64,000 nt of DNA from Anthoceros angustus (taxonomy: Eukaryota > Plantae > Anthocerotophyta). Of this stretch, positions 35,965-50,496 are shown piece after piece. Where the stretch lies: NCBI GenBank assembly GCA_010909165.1, contig MU008184.1:892988-956987 (forward strand), read 5' to 3'. The translations under genes were made by a program, and so were the position numbers. Numbering within the stretch: the first letter of the stretch is position 1; each line of letters opens with the position of its first letter. A model generated the notes under the pieces. It made no database searches. It was not told where the DNA came from and saw nothing but the letters and a program-made list of their open reading frames with translations.

Positions 35965-36563
35965 GTTGTCATCGGCAACTGTCAACAGCGCACGGTACTA
36001 CCCACCACGCCTAGTCAAGTTGTGTAGTGCGCATCTTGTTTCCAAACACTATCCTCACACTTGTTTTGTCGTCCAGGTTCTAGCGCCCCAGCAAGCCCGA
36101 CTTAGGCGCAAGAACAACCGGCAAGGTAACCATCCTCCTCTCTGACCTGTTTGCTCGTTGTCCTATATAAGAGAGTTGGGCTCTGGGGGAGAGTCACCGT
36201 ATGTTGTGTCTGCAACACATGATAGATTTGCTGTGTGCTGTTGTGTGTTGTTCTGTGACTGCTCATGTTTCTTGAACTGTGTAAGCTCAACCTTTTTGGC
36301 TCATAGAGCTTTGTCAGGTTCGTGGCCGCAGACCAAACGCGGGCTGCACTGTGCTTTGCTCACCCTCTGTTTGCTGTCCAAATAATCTTAAGGAAGGTGC
36401 CTGCAAGTTCCTGTTTGAGCATAAGTTCTCTCCAGTGTTTGTGCCGCCGCAGTAGTATTCAATAGCATACAGTTGCCTGCAGTTGCGTGTAGCATGATTT
36501 CCTCAGTCGCAAAAGCATGCATGCAAGCAGCCTGCAGTCGCATGCATGCTTGCTGAGACAATC

Positions 36564-38107
36564 ATGTTCCCACCCATGGGGATCCAGGATATGGTACCAG
36601 ACCGGAGTTCGAAATCCCACTCCTTGAAATACGGAAGATTGTTGAAAAAGGTACTACGTAGGAATATTCTGTTTTGAAGTTTTTGTCGCCACGTGACTAA
36701 CTGAATGATGGTTTCCAGTTCTCACGGAGCACACTATGTTCACATCTATGGACAAGCAAGACTTACAGCTCCTTTGCCAGGTACCTGCCCAACTGGAAAA
36801 ATTAAAAAGGTACAGAGTTTTGCTCCCATCACGCCTTTACAAACTATAGGACTGTAAAATTGTTTTCAGCATGCTAACCATGTTTGTCTCAATAAATGTT
36901 CATATACAGGATATCAAGAAGAATTTACGAACAACAGCACAGTTAGAGTTGGAGACAATGACTCTAGTGAGAAGGTTTAACGGACAACAAATCTCGATTC
37001 AGTCAATACTCGAGGTAAACCAAAAAATGTGTCGATATTATTTATTAGTGTTCTCCCAGATACTTAACAGTTTGTTTACAGAGTGCTGCAGAACAAGCGG
37101 CTGCAGCTAAAGAAATCAAAGACAAAATACACGGAATTGACGACAAAATCAACAACACAGACATCTCACATCAGGTTGGTCAAAGCAATCATTGAATTCT
37201 CATATCCTGTTTTTCCTCTACTTAACAAATTTCTCCATTTTTACAGGAAAAAAAGAGAAAAATAGAAGAGTCTGAAGACAATGCTCCAACTTATGGCCTT
37301 TCAAAAGAGTTCACTAAATTTGGCAAATGGATGAATAACTTCCAGTATCCGCCAATTTTCCAAGATTTCAAGAACAAATATGTTCCAATTTGGGAGCATA
37401 GTCTTAAAGACCCAGTGCAGCCAATCCTCAATGAAGATGGGTCTACACCAACCTTTCAGCAGCATATAGAGATTCAGAAAAGTAAGTAGCTTTGGAATTT
37501 TTTATTTTATAAAGTTAATTATCTGCTTTAATTTTTCATTGTGATTTTGTAGAGATATCCGAAGCCATTCAAAATAAGGAGTTGAGAACTACAGACTTAT
37601 TGTCCCTTATGGAGGATCTAGAGACGCCAAAAAATATCCAGAAGGTATTTTCCTGAATTTACAAGGTATATTCCTCAAATGGAAATTTCTAACATCTGCC
37701 CTTCTTCCATAACTTAAAGTCACACTTTCGCAGTGTGGGGAATCTTCACATCACCTGCCTAACGTTAGTCAGAAAGATATTTATCGAGCAGGACGTACTT
37801 CGACTTGAAATGGAGGTAACTTACTAACTTGTTCCACCTTCGTTTGTAGCTATCGAAGAAACAAAAGGAGTTGTTTGCACTGTTTGAGGTTAGTACATAA
37901 AATTACTAGTTTTCAATTTTAATAAGTTCTATTTCTAATAAATGATATTGCTTGTAGAAATATTCACGTCTGGACGAAATCTTTGAGATGATAAACTTTT
38001 TATATGTACCGTACAACGAGCAAAAGAAAAGACATTACTCTGAAGACTATGCTCCACCGAAATCGCCTGTTTACACCCCGTCAACCCCGATAGAATATGA
38101 CTTCTGA
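36564..38107 (+). CDS. Orphan gene with at least 9 exons, helical/coiled-coil-like protein of ~300 aa, unknown function (start uncertain)
   Basis: Exons ..36650, 36719-36780, 36910-37014, 37082-37174, 37247-37481, 37553-37644, 37734-37815, 37850-37888, 37958-38107. All introns are GT-AG with compatible phases except one extra G in a G-run at ~37737-37740. Ends ...STPIEYDF*. Confidence 0.7.
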
Positions 38108-38269
38108 TTTTGACACCATAATGTCCGTAAAACGGTTATAGGATTAAAACTGCTGGGACTTCTTATAATAGCGAAAGCAGAAATGGTAACTTGTGTTACC
38201 TCACAATTGACATTAAAGAGAGAGAAAAAGAATATAAGCTAGGTGGGTAGGGCAGCAACCCCTTGGGGC

Positions 38270-38427
38270 TGAGACCAGACTGGCCATCGCCTCGGCTCAC
38301 GAGCATGGGGCGCCCTCGGCCCCACCGGCCGCTCACTGTGAACGGACTGCCGACGGCCTAAACGGTCTCGGCCTAACGGCCTCAATCGTTCTCGGCCGTG
38401 ACGGCCCTCCTCGTGTCCGTTACCTAA
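38270..38427. other. GC-rich multi-hairpin, probable transposon terminus
   Basis: AACGGAC (38341-47) pairs with GTCCGTT (38415-21) and encloses the hairpins GGCCTAACGGCC and GGCCGTGACGGCC; followed by CTAA-T. Confidence 0.45.
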
Positions 38428-38429
38428 TA

Positions 38430-38550
38430 CAAAAATTGTGTGTCAATGTATCTTAAATACTACATATGTGACTCTTCATCAAATAACCCTAAGCATAGGC
38501 AACCCTAGCATTATCTCTAATAAAACGAGTGTTGATTAAGTAATCTAACA
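38430..38550 (-). repeat. Partial Copia-type LTR (5' part)
   Basis: The minus strand begins TGTTAG, has two TAGGGTT motifs and a TATTTAAG box, the same layout as the LTR of element A. Confidence 0.4.
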
Positions 38551-39751
38551 TGGGAACACATTGAAGACTATCCTAGAGGAGGCTGAGGTTGCCCAAGCCA
38601 AACATGGAGAATTGGAGAACAAGCTCAAGGAGCTGGAGGGGAGACAGGCCACTTGGGGTAAAGAAGCGAGGAGCTCACAAAGCAAGCAACAGAAGTTGAG
38701 CAACGGTGGAAAGAAGAGGTGGCCCACTGGAGGAAGGTCGTGCATTGCATGCTGGTCATCAGGAAGCAACGCTTACAGGCCGATTATGCTTGGCAACAGG
38801 GCGTCCGGGAGGCATGGAAGGGAGATGCGGCCGAGAATGTTACCTTAAAGCTCCGCTTGAGTGAGGTGACCCTCGAGAGAGATGCTCTGCGCAACAAGTT
38901 GGCCTCAGGACAATGGCATGAGGATTTTGATGAGATTTGTTTGAAGGGCTAAGAGATGCACGTCCACCTACATGCTAGGGTCAACAAGCTCGCTAAGGAG
39001 ATGCGCTCCTTGTTGACAAGGAAGCTGTTGGGTCTCCACGATGATGACCGGGAGATTTTGGAGGAATTGCGGCCCTCAACTTCAGAGATTCAGGACCTGA
39101 AGAGTGAAATGGACACGGAGGGGTCGGTTTGGGAGGAGCCGACGGAGGAGGAAGTTTCGAGCTAACCGGTAAGGCTGGTGGAGGTGTCTAGCAGCGCGAC
39201 GGGCGTTGCACTAACAACCAACCACCTCGAGGTGGTTGTGACGGCCGGCAGGCACACCGAGAGGTACGGCAGGCCTGCAAGAGGCGCCCGCGAGGGGAGG
39301 TGACGCTCCGCCCATCGCCAGCCGCCGAGACATGATGGAGGCCCCGCCACGGCGACAGAGGGAGATTCTCGGGGAGTAGTCCCCTACGAAGAGAAGGAAG
39401 ACGCAAGGTGGCGCCCGGCCATGCCAAGAAGAACTAGGGTAGGAAGACACCTGGTAGGGGAGTTAAGGGGTCATCAAGACCCTTGGGGGTTAGTGGGATC
39501 GTTAGAAAAGTAGGTTAAGAACCTTTAAAAGGCCACCTACTTGAACCGTAAGCGAAGCCCCACCCACCCCGAACTTAATTATCACTAGGGTTGGGGAGTT
39601 CCTATAAGAAGGGGAGGAAGTGTGGACTGTGGGCTCTCCCCTTGGGTAGGTAATCAGCTAGGTTTTGTTTTTTTCGTAAGTGTGGAGTGGAAAATAAGGC
39701 AAAAGGGAGAGAGTAACCTGTAGACCGCACTCGAGTGGACAGAGAGACCCG

Positions 39752-39850
39752 GACCGCACCGAGCGGCTACGACAAGACCGAGCGGCCACGACCGCACCGA
39801 GCGGCCACGACCGCACCGAGCGGCTACGGACCGCACCGAGCGGCTACGGA
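39752..39850. repeat. 19-20-bp minisatellite (~5 copies)
   Basis: GACCGCACCGAGCGGC(T/C)AC units. Confidence 0.85.
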
Positions 39851-40764
39851 TCACACGCCGCAAAATCACGGTAAGTTTGGGCCTGCGCCGAGTAAGCGCA
39901 CGCCATGAAAGGTAACTTTGGAACGGGAGCGATTTCGCAGGCGCCACGTGAACCCGTAGAGGCGGACAGCATGCAAAGCAGGACGTAGGGTTGCTGGTCG
40001 CTGGGCAAGTAACCACGCCCGTGTACATGCGCCGGAGTAAGTCTAGAGTACGCGAGCGGAGGCGGCAACGTAAAGCTAGAGTAAGCAATGTAGGACTCGG
40101 CGCTACGGCAACGGACGCCTCCCGCCGCTTACTCCCGACGACCGTCCGAGCCAAGGCCATTCTCTCGAGCGATGTCACGGCAGTTTTCGCAGTCTCTCGT
40201 GCAAAGACACCCTACTCTTTGGCACTATCTTTTCAGGCGACCGAGCGCAATTCCGAGTGACTCACCTCCGCGAACGAAGCGCGCGATGCGGCGAAGGGAG
40301 GAAGAAGATTTGTTCAGCCTCAAGCCCCAACAGCAGACCAAGCTGCGCACAACAATGGGGCCAAAGAAGGCGGCGGAGACGTGGGAACCCTGGCCCTTGG
40401 TGGAATGAAACATTGTCACCAAGCGCTATCCGGATTTCGGTCCTTGGCTGGAGGAAGCGGAGGAGCTAGTGGAGGATTGGCACCTGGATATCTTCCAGGC
40501 TGTCTGGACCTTCGATAGCATCGCTTTGGTCCGGGAATACGCCCGGAAAATATTGGCAGTGGCCAACAAGGAGGTCCGCTCCAAGAGTCTGAGGGAGGAC
40601 CCCAGAAGGTGGACCGTGGAGTCTTGAGGGCAGTCTACAATCGCCCAGCAGAAGAAATTGGGGGCGTAGTCCCGGAGCCCCTTAAGGTGAGGGGGAAGGT
40701 GGAAGCGGCCAGGGCGGCACTCTTGAGGCCGGGGACGCAGCGGTCCTCAAACGGGTGGTTGATG

Positions 40765-40950
40765 GGACCCCGAGGTCCGGACTCCAGAAATGAGACCGGA
40801 CCCCTAGGTCCGGACTCCGGAAATAAGGCCGGACCCCAAGGTCCGGACTCCAGAAATAAGGCCGGACCCCAAGGTCCGGACTCCAGAGTCGAGACCGGAC
40901 CCTGAGGTTCGGCCTCCAAAGTCGAGACCGGACCCCGAGGTCCGGACTCA
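40765..40950. repeat. 33-bp minisatellite (~5.6 copies) with internal palindromes
   Basis: GGACCCCRAGGTCCGGACTCCAGAAATAAGGCC-like units; translates as GPQGPDSRNKA. Confidence 0.88.
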
Positions 40951-43078
40951 GGAGGAGAGGGGGAATCACCACCGACCGCCAGTGAGCTCCGTGGCCCCAC
41001 AGCAGTGGACCCACCGGAGGTCGAGAGAGGACTGAGAGGGGATGTGGTGGTTACCGCTTGTCGACCGCCCGATATCTCAACCTAACAGTAGTCTCGGGAA
41101 GGGAAGGCCACCGCGGATCATCCGATTGCGCGCCGGATGTCGTGACTAGGGATTGGGCCATCAACGCCGAGGCGGAACCACGGCACTCCAGTACCACGAC
41201 GAGATAGGCGGAATAGAGGGGAATAGTAGAGGCACACCGAAATGGGCTACCAGCCTGTAATAGGAGTGTAATAAAGCCCGCTGGGCGAGTATAAGAGGGC
41301 AATGCTCTAGTAAAGCATCTTTCTTTGGGGTGGATATGCCCTTGTAGACCCTTGTGCGCCTTTTGCTAACGCGAGTCCCGAGTCACCGAGGCACGACTCA
41401 AGAGATTGATCAAGGTCCCGTGACTACCCCAACGTGTGGTGGTGTGTGGGCGAACGACGAGACCCTTGCTCTTCCAGAGCCGAGGGCCGACATTGAACGG
41501 ACCGGAACGCGTGAGCTGGTGGCACTCCGAGAGGGCGGTAGAGTCTTGGATGGAGAGGCTCGAACGACAACGGAGGTCCGGACTTACGCAACCCACCCAC
41601 TCTTCCCAAAAGAACGATGAGCGAGGGAGAGGGTGAGGAGAACGAACCAGACGAACGAGGGGCTGATCGGTAGGATACGGTGAACGAAGTCCTTAACGCT
41701 TGGCCACGCCAGCCCGCTTGCGGACGTTAAGAAGTTAGTAGTAAACCGCGAGCGCGCTGAGTCCGAAACGGCCACGACCGTGAGGTGAGAATCGGTTGAG
41801 ACGTGCCAAACGGAACCTATCATTCTCTTGGGAACGGACCCCTTGTTACAACGACACGCGACTGTGCGCGCCCAGCTGGCCGTCAGCGAAAGTCACACCA
41901 CAGGAAGTCCCATAATAAAATGTCATGTCTTTCTCTCCTGACTTGTGCGCGCTTGACTATTGCGTGAGTGTTGCGTGCCGACTGTGTATGTGTCCATGGT
42001 GTCTGGTAGGGTATTGGGGTGTGGTGACCAGGGCAAGGGCTGTGCTTGCGCCTTCTCTTGTTAAGGTAGCAGCTAGGGAGTGTGTGAGCGGTGAGGGAGC
42101 GGCGCCGTAGCTGCAGAGACGGTGCGAGAGGCTGGTGGAGGGAGTTCCCTTGTAAATTCCAGCGCGCGAGAGGTCTGCTGCAGCTAAGTGTTTGGCCTAG
42201 GACTGTGAGGGCACTACCATGTGATTTGAGGCAGCAGGTGGGGAGCCAGGAGGGCGCCCAGAGCTGTTAGGTAGATAGGAGGAGTGGAAGAGGACATCGC
42301 TTGCGGGTTATAAACCTTGGCGCTGGACGTCATAAATACATCGAAATCCTTAGCCATCGCCCCGTCAAAATAAAAGTGTACTACCGAACTAAAACGGCAT
42401 CCCTGATGGCTGCCCTTTGTAGTTTTTGAATACCTATCTAGCTGGGCTGAAAAGTGATACGTATCAGTATTTCAACAGGGGAGTGGTCTAGGTCGCTTAA
42501 CAACGTTTCTTCTCCTCGCAGTCTCAGGGACAGGACTTTGGAGGAATGCGACGATGCGGGGCCTATGCATGTAGCAAGGATTTCGGTTACGCTGGGAACT
42601 TACCTTTCAGCTCAAATCCTTGGCCTGCCCTGTCGATGTCCAGGGCTTCCACTCGGTGATTGCTGCGGAGCTGAGCTCCCTATGCAACTAGGAGGGGTTT
42701 CGCGCTAAGTCTATCTCAAGTGAGAGACCTGTTGCTGGGCTCTCCGTCTTGACTACGTGGTCGAACCTCTGTGGTACCCTGAGGGCCCCTTTTCAGTTGG
42801 AAGAGAGCTGCCTTAACGCTGGGCTTGGAACAGACCTGCTTAGTTGACTTTGAAGTCGAAAACGGCGGCGCTGCTTCTGGATCTGTATGTGGCGGTGTTC
42901 TGCATTCTTGCGTAGATGATCTCTTACTTCATCTGTAGTTTGCTTTGCTGATTCTCATAGCGGGGTGTCTTGAGAAGGTAGCATTGAGCCCTAGTCCTGT
43001 CATCTGGCAGGTGGTGGTAGGGACCATTTTTATTGCAGAGCTCTCTGAAGTATTACGTGGTGACCTGGGCCCTTATGT

Positions 43079-45667
<2,589 letters not shown>

Positions 45668-46109
45668 GGCTACGGTCTGGATTTGCCGAAACCCTGAAAC
45701 ATATGGTGTCTGTGGCTCCTTGAGGGCTTTCAAATGAAGGGGGTTGGCCGTAATTCTTTGGTCTGTATCTCGTGGGTCAGCTAAGGTGGTATCTAGTTGT
45801 GGCAGGCAGATCTGGACCTGGCCTGAAGTCGTCGTAGGTGGTGTGTCCTAGTATCTACCCGTATAATTAGGGTTGAGGGTGGAATTCTGGTCATATTTGC
45901 GTTGTCTCCTTGCCCATGTGTTGTGCTGTCTCTAGCTGATATGGATCTAAAGAGTCCCGACTTGACCTAGAAGGAGTGAAACTGGTTCGGCGGCCCGGTT
46001 CGTTGGATTAATGCCGTAACCGGCAAATTGAAAAGTTCTTGCGTTTCAGTTTCAGTCGCAGTGTCAGTTTAGAACGGTCCCAGTGACGACAGCGGACGCA
46101 CTGCCGGTA

Positions 46110-48537
46110 ATGCCGCAGCGTTCTGGAGACGAGTCCCCGATCGTTCTCGTGGTATCTTTCCGACAAAGGCTCTCCTGTTGGGCTGGGCTGGGCCGGGCCG
46201 ATGTCCACCCCGCAACATGGCTGACGGCAGTGAGGATCGTGTTGACGGTCTGTATTCGTTCAGGTCGATGGGCAGTTCCAATGCGTTCTGGGCGGATGGA
46301 GAAGCATCCGTCGAGTACACTGGCCACTCAGGCCGGTCTTGTTGCTTCTCGTGATTCTTTTCACTGCCGCATCGCTTGCCACCCACCGTTACGGTTACGG
46401 AGAGGTTAGTCAGTGTCGTGCTGAAGCTCCTTGTGCTAATATTCATTACTGTCGGGACATCAGACGATGTGCTGAGCCTGTAGTTCATTTGCGTGGAAAG
46501 CTGCAGCAGGTCTGGAGATGGCGCTCTCAGAGCTTTGTGCCTGGTTGGGGCTCCAGGAGCTGCAGGGTGGGTTGCTCTTTGCCAACTTCCTAGTGTGAGA
46601 AGAAACAGAACAGCGCCCTTACAGTTTGCGCACTCCCTCCAGTTGGACGACACGAACCCCCGCTTGAGTCTTCCGTTGGGGATTGTGGAGAAGACTTCCG
46701 ATTTGGAACTCAGGCCTTTGTGGGGCAGGAAACGGAAGCAGGTAGGCGACTGACTCTAGCGCACCAACTATTGTCACATCTGCCGGATGTTGTTCTCACC
46801 TGCACGGGCCGAGGCAGGAATTTGAAGGTGTCAGCAAGAGCCTGTTAGCTATGGCAGTCGGGGTCAAACAGAAGAGCAAGGTCGATCAGATTGTTCAGCG
46901 GGTACTCCTTTTACCTCTACCTTGTCAAGTGTCTTTACGCGCATGATTCCAGGCTGCCATTTATTCAGCTGCCATCTGATAATTGCTCCGTGCTCGGCAG
47001 TTTCCTTTGAGCAATTTCACAGTAATGTTGCTTCACTATGATGGAGTAGTGGATGAGTGGAATGACTTACCGTGGTTTAACGATGTTATGCACATTGTGG
47101 CTCTGCACCAAACGAAGTGGTAGTCCCTGGCAACCTCTGTGGCCCTGCCAAGTATTTGGATAAGTGCACATCAACGGAGCCTGATGTATTTGGGAATTTG
47201 TAAACAGGTGGTTTGCCAAGCGTTTCCTCCATCCAGATATTGTTGCCCCTTATATGTACATTTTCCTGTGGGACGAGGATATTGGGGTCCAGAACTTTCA
47301 GGCAGGCAGGTACGGTTGTCAAGTCGTGGGAATTAGTACTAGCAGCAATCAGTTCCCGAGTTACGTCCTTAACTGTATTGAGGTTTGCTCGTTGGTGTGT
47401 GCTGTAGCATTGTGTAGAATCTTCACTTGGTGATGGTCTTTTCTGCCAGCGCAGATATGTGTCCATTGTGAAGGAGGAGGGCCTGGAAATTTCACAACCG
47501 GCCTTGGATCGTAAAGTCTCTGAGATCCACCACTGGATCACAGTCCGGAATCCCAGAGTTAGAGTGCACAGGTAAGATATGCTGGGATGCTCGCAAGGCG
47601 TTCAGTATAGTTTACACATAAAGATATAATCCTCGTTGCGCAGGAGGGTATATAAGTACCGTGGAAATGGTCTCTGCTGGGAAAATAGCACATCACCACC
47701 CTGCACTGGGTAAGCTTATCCCAACAATCCCTTTTCACTCGGTCCCCGTACCAGTGTACATTATCAGATGTGCTTCTGTTGATAGATGGGTGGAGATGAT
47801 GGTGCCTGTATTTTCTACAGAGGCATGGCGATGTACCTGGCACCTCATACAGGTAGAAAACTTACTGACGACCAACGATCGCAAGTCTTTGTGTTGTCTG
47901 ATGGTTTGTATCGGATGTTGTTCAGAATGATCTCATTCACGGCTGGGGCCTCGACATGAAGCTTGGCTACTGTGTTCATGTAGCACCCTATTATTTTTGC
48001 ATGCTCAGAATCATAGTGGCAGTATGGAAGCTAACCATAGTGAGCTGTTGTCAGGGAGACAGGACTGCGAAAATTGGAGTTGTAGATGCTGAATATGTTG
48101 TCCACCTTGGGGTCAGGACGTTGGCAGCAACAGATGTATGTTACTCCACCATTACCACTTGCAATGTTGCTATTGTCATTCATCCTCGAAAGCTTTCTGC
48201 AGTCTGTAGGATCGTTGGACGAGGCAGACATTCCCGAGGGTGAGGATGTCGAACGACTTGAGGTAAGGCCGCCTAAATTGGAGTGTCTGAAATCCAGGCT
48301 GCAACCATTCAGAATTTCCTCTCTGTTGCAGGATTTAGGAGGAGGGAGGATTGTAGATTCCAGAGTCAAGGTACTGCCATGGAAAGCTTGCTGTCATCAT
48401 AAAGCTCTTGGTTTTCCACTGACTTACCGTGGCAATGCCAGATAAGAAGAAAATCCTACAGGGAATCACATGTCTTTTACCAGCGTTGGGTACAAGCAGC
48501 GGAGAAAGATGATTGCTGGACAGACCCATACATGTAA
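46110..48537 (+). CDS. DUF707 family protein (type II membrane protein, putative glycosyltransferase-like); ~15 exons
   Basis: TM segment VLLLLVILFTAASLA. Family motifs LPLGIVEKTSDLELRPLWG, LLAMAVGVKQ, HYDGVVDEW, WWFAKRFLHPDIV..YIFLWDED, GLEISQPALD, PPCTGWVEMMVPVFS, NDLIHGWGLD, IGVVDAEYVVH, RW..A..D.CWTDP. GT-AG introns in phase; 5' exons less certain. Confidence 0.92.
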
Positions 48538-48979
48538 CAGCATTCCAGGTTGGAGACTACCTTAACGGCTAGCCAAATTGATGTTTTCCTGGATGCTGCG
48601 TCACAAGCTCTAATGCGCTCTTTGAATCTCATCTATGGTACGTCGAAAGGACACAAGAGGTTTACAGCGGAGTTGTCTAGGACCTCTCCAATTCACTCCA
48701 CAGAGAAACTAACACAACTCTCAGCCATCCCAATCTCACAATGTGGCACTAGGCTCCAAGTATCCTGCCAACTGGTGACTCGAAGACCACCTTCTTGAGG
48801 TGTTGTTCTTTATTTCCGAGGTGTTGCTCTTCATTCTCAGCATGCGCTCTTTATTCCCATAATGCATAGTGACTTGAGTCGGGCTATCTACGTCCAACTG
48901 GTTATTGCTCTTGACTCATCGACAATCTCTCTAGCTAGGCTTTCCACAAAGCCCTCTCAATTTGAGGTTTGTATCACAC

Positions 48980-49343
48980 AATGAAATGACTAATGCTAAG
49001 CCCTTGTTTTAGTATGAAATCACTGATGCTAAGCCCTTGTTTTATTATGAAATCACTGAGGCTAAGCCCTTGCTCTAGCATGAATTGATTGATGCTAAGC
49101 CCTTGTTTTAGCATGAAATCATTGATGCTAAGCCCTTGCTCTAGCATGAATTGACTGATGCTAAGCCCTTGCTCTAGCATGAATTGACTGATGCTAAGCA
49201 CTTGCTCTAGCATGAATTGACTGATGCTAAGCCCTTGCTCTAGCATGAATTGACTGATGCTAAGCCCTTGCTCTAGCATGAATTGACTGATGTTAAGCCC
49301 TTGCTCTAGCATGAATTGACTGATGCTAAGCCTTTGCTCTAGC
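48980..49343. repeat. 33-bp tandem repeat (~11 copies)
   Basis: TGACTGATGCTAAGCCCTTGCTCTAGCATGAAT units head to tail; reads MLEQGLSISQF on the minus strand. Confidence 0.93.
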
Positions 49344-49617
49344 CCTCCTTATATATTCCCCAGGCTCGCCTCAATTAGGCAGCTACTAACTCATGGATTC
49401 TTGCATACCATTAATTACTAAGAGTCTTCTCTAGGCACCTCTCATTAGTCACTAGGTTGCAGCAATTCTTCTCTAACAGGAGATTGCATAAAGCATGCAA
49501 CACATGCATCTGTGAATAGAGCAGCTACTAATTAGCTTTTCACCTTTTAATTTTTCACCTTTCGACCTGTTTCACCAGTACCGTTACTCTCGGCTCCACT
49601 AGAAGATGTCATTGTCC

Positions 49618-50496
49618 TCAAGAACCTCTAGTGTAACGCGAGATCATCCATGATCCTTGTTGCACATCTTCAAGTGAAACCCAAATAAGATCTGCATAAC
49701 CACAAAGCCTTACCAGATAACCACGAACAACAAGCGCTTTTCTCTCTGCTAAGAATTCAATAATCTCCCACAGTCCATGAGATCTGTGTTGAACCAAGGT
49801 GACATATTCTTTCCTGTTCATATCCTCATTCTCTTTTAAAATCACCAATGGTTTCAGCAAAGAGACAAAAAACACATTCCTATCAAAGATCCTATCAAAG
49901 AGTTGTAATTTGTAAGTTACATTTCCAATGCGCTTCAAAACTACAAAAGGTCCTCCATACTTGGGCCTGAACTTTGAGGTCAACTCTATTGGTGGTGGGA
50001 AGTTCTTCAATTTCACTCACACCTTATCACGTGCTTGAAACTCTGCCTCTTTCTTATGCCTGTTGGCAAACTTCTTTTGCCTATCTTGAACTTCAGCCAA
50101 AATCTACTTGGCAACTTCATGCCTAGCCTTCAATTACTCAATAAACTCACGTGGTTCTTGTGCCCCTGTCTCAAACACTTCAACATTCAACATGGAAATT
50201 ACGTCCATTGCTTCGTTACTTGTCATCTGAAAATGCGTGTAGCTTGTGGAGCTATGAAGAATATTAATGTAACAAAACTCTGCATCCTCAACATGATTAC
50301 TTCAGTTTCGCTGGTGTATCTGTATATAGTGTCATAAGTATTCTTCTTGGACTCTGGTCACCCTTTCTGTTGATCCATCTATATCAGGGTGGTATGTTGT
50401 GCTCAAACATAATTGCACTCCTAAGCTCTTCATAAGCTGTTGCCCAAACTCTGCAGTGAATATGAGATCTCTTTCACTCACAATCTACATAGGCAG
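49618..50496 (-). pseudogene. Ty3/Gypsy chromovirus integrase remnant (core C-terminal half, GPY/F motif, chromodomain)
   Basis: STTYHPDIDGSTER, KFRPKYGGPFVVLKRIGNVTYKLQL..VFFVSLLKP, WEIIEF...YLVRLCGY...WVSLED. Confidence 0.85.

Larger units (their letters stand above)
38551..41850 (+). mobile_element. Degenerate GC-rich retroelement-like fragment with broken coiled-coil ORFs
   Basis: Broken ORFs at 38561-39165 and 40355-41000, internal minisatellites, and a TGTTACA end at 41844-41850. No RT or integrase motif and no TSD found. Confidence 0.35.

Noticed and set aside
38447-41850. Single long solo LTR
   Set aside because: No matching 5-bp TSD and no second copy in the window.
46008-48529. 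Minus-strand ORFs over the DUF707 gene and many short ORFs antisense to TE genes
   Set aside because: These are shadow frames of recognisable genes on the other strand, with no motifs of their own.
48980-49343. CRISPR array
   Set aside because: Units are head to tail with no unique spacers, there are no cas genes, and the context is eukaryotic. The same applies to 40765-40950.
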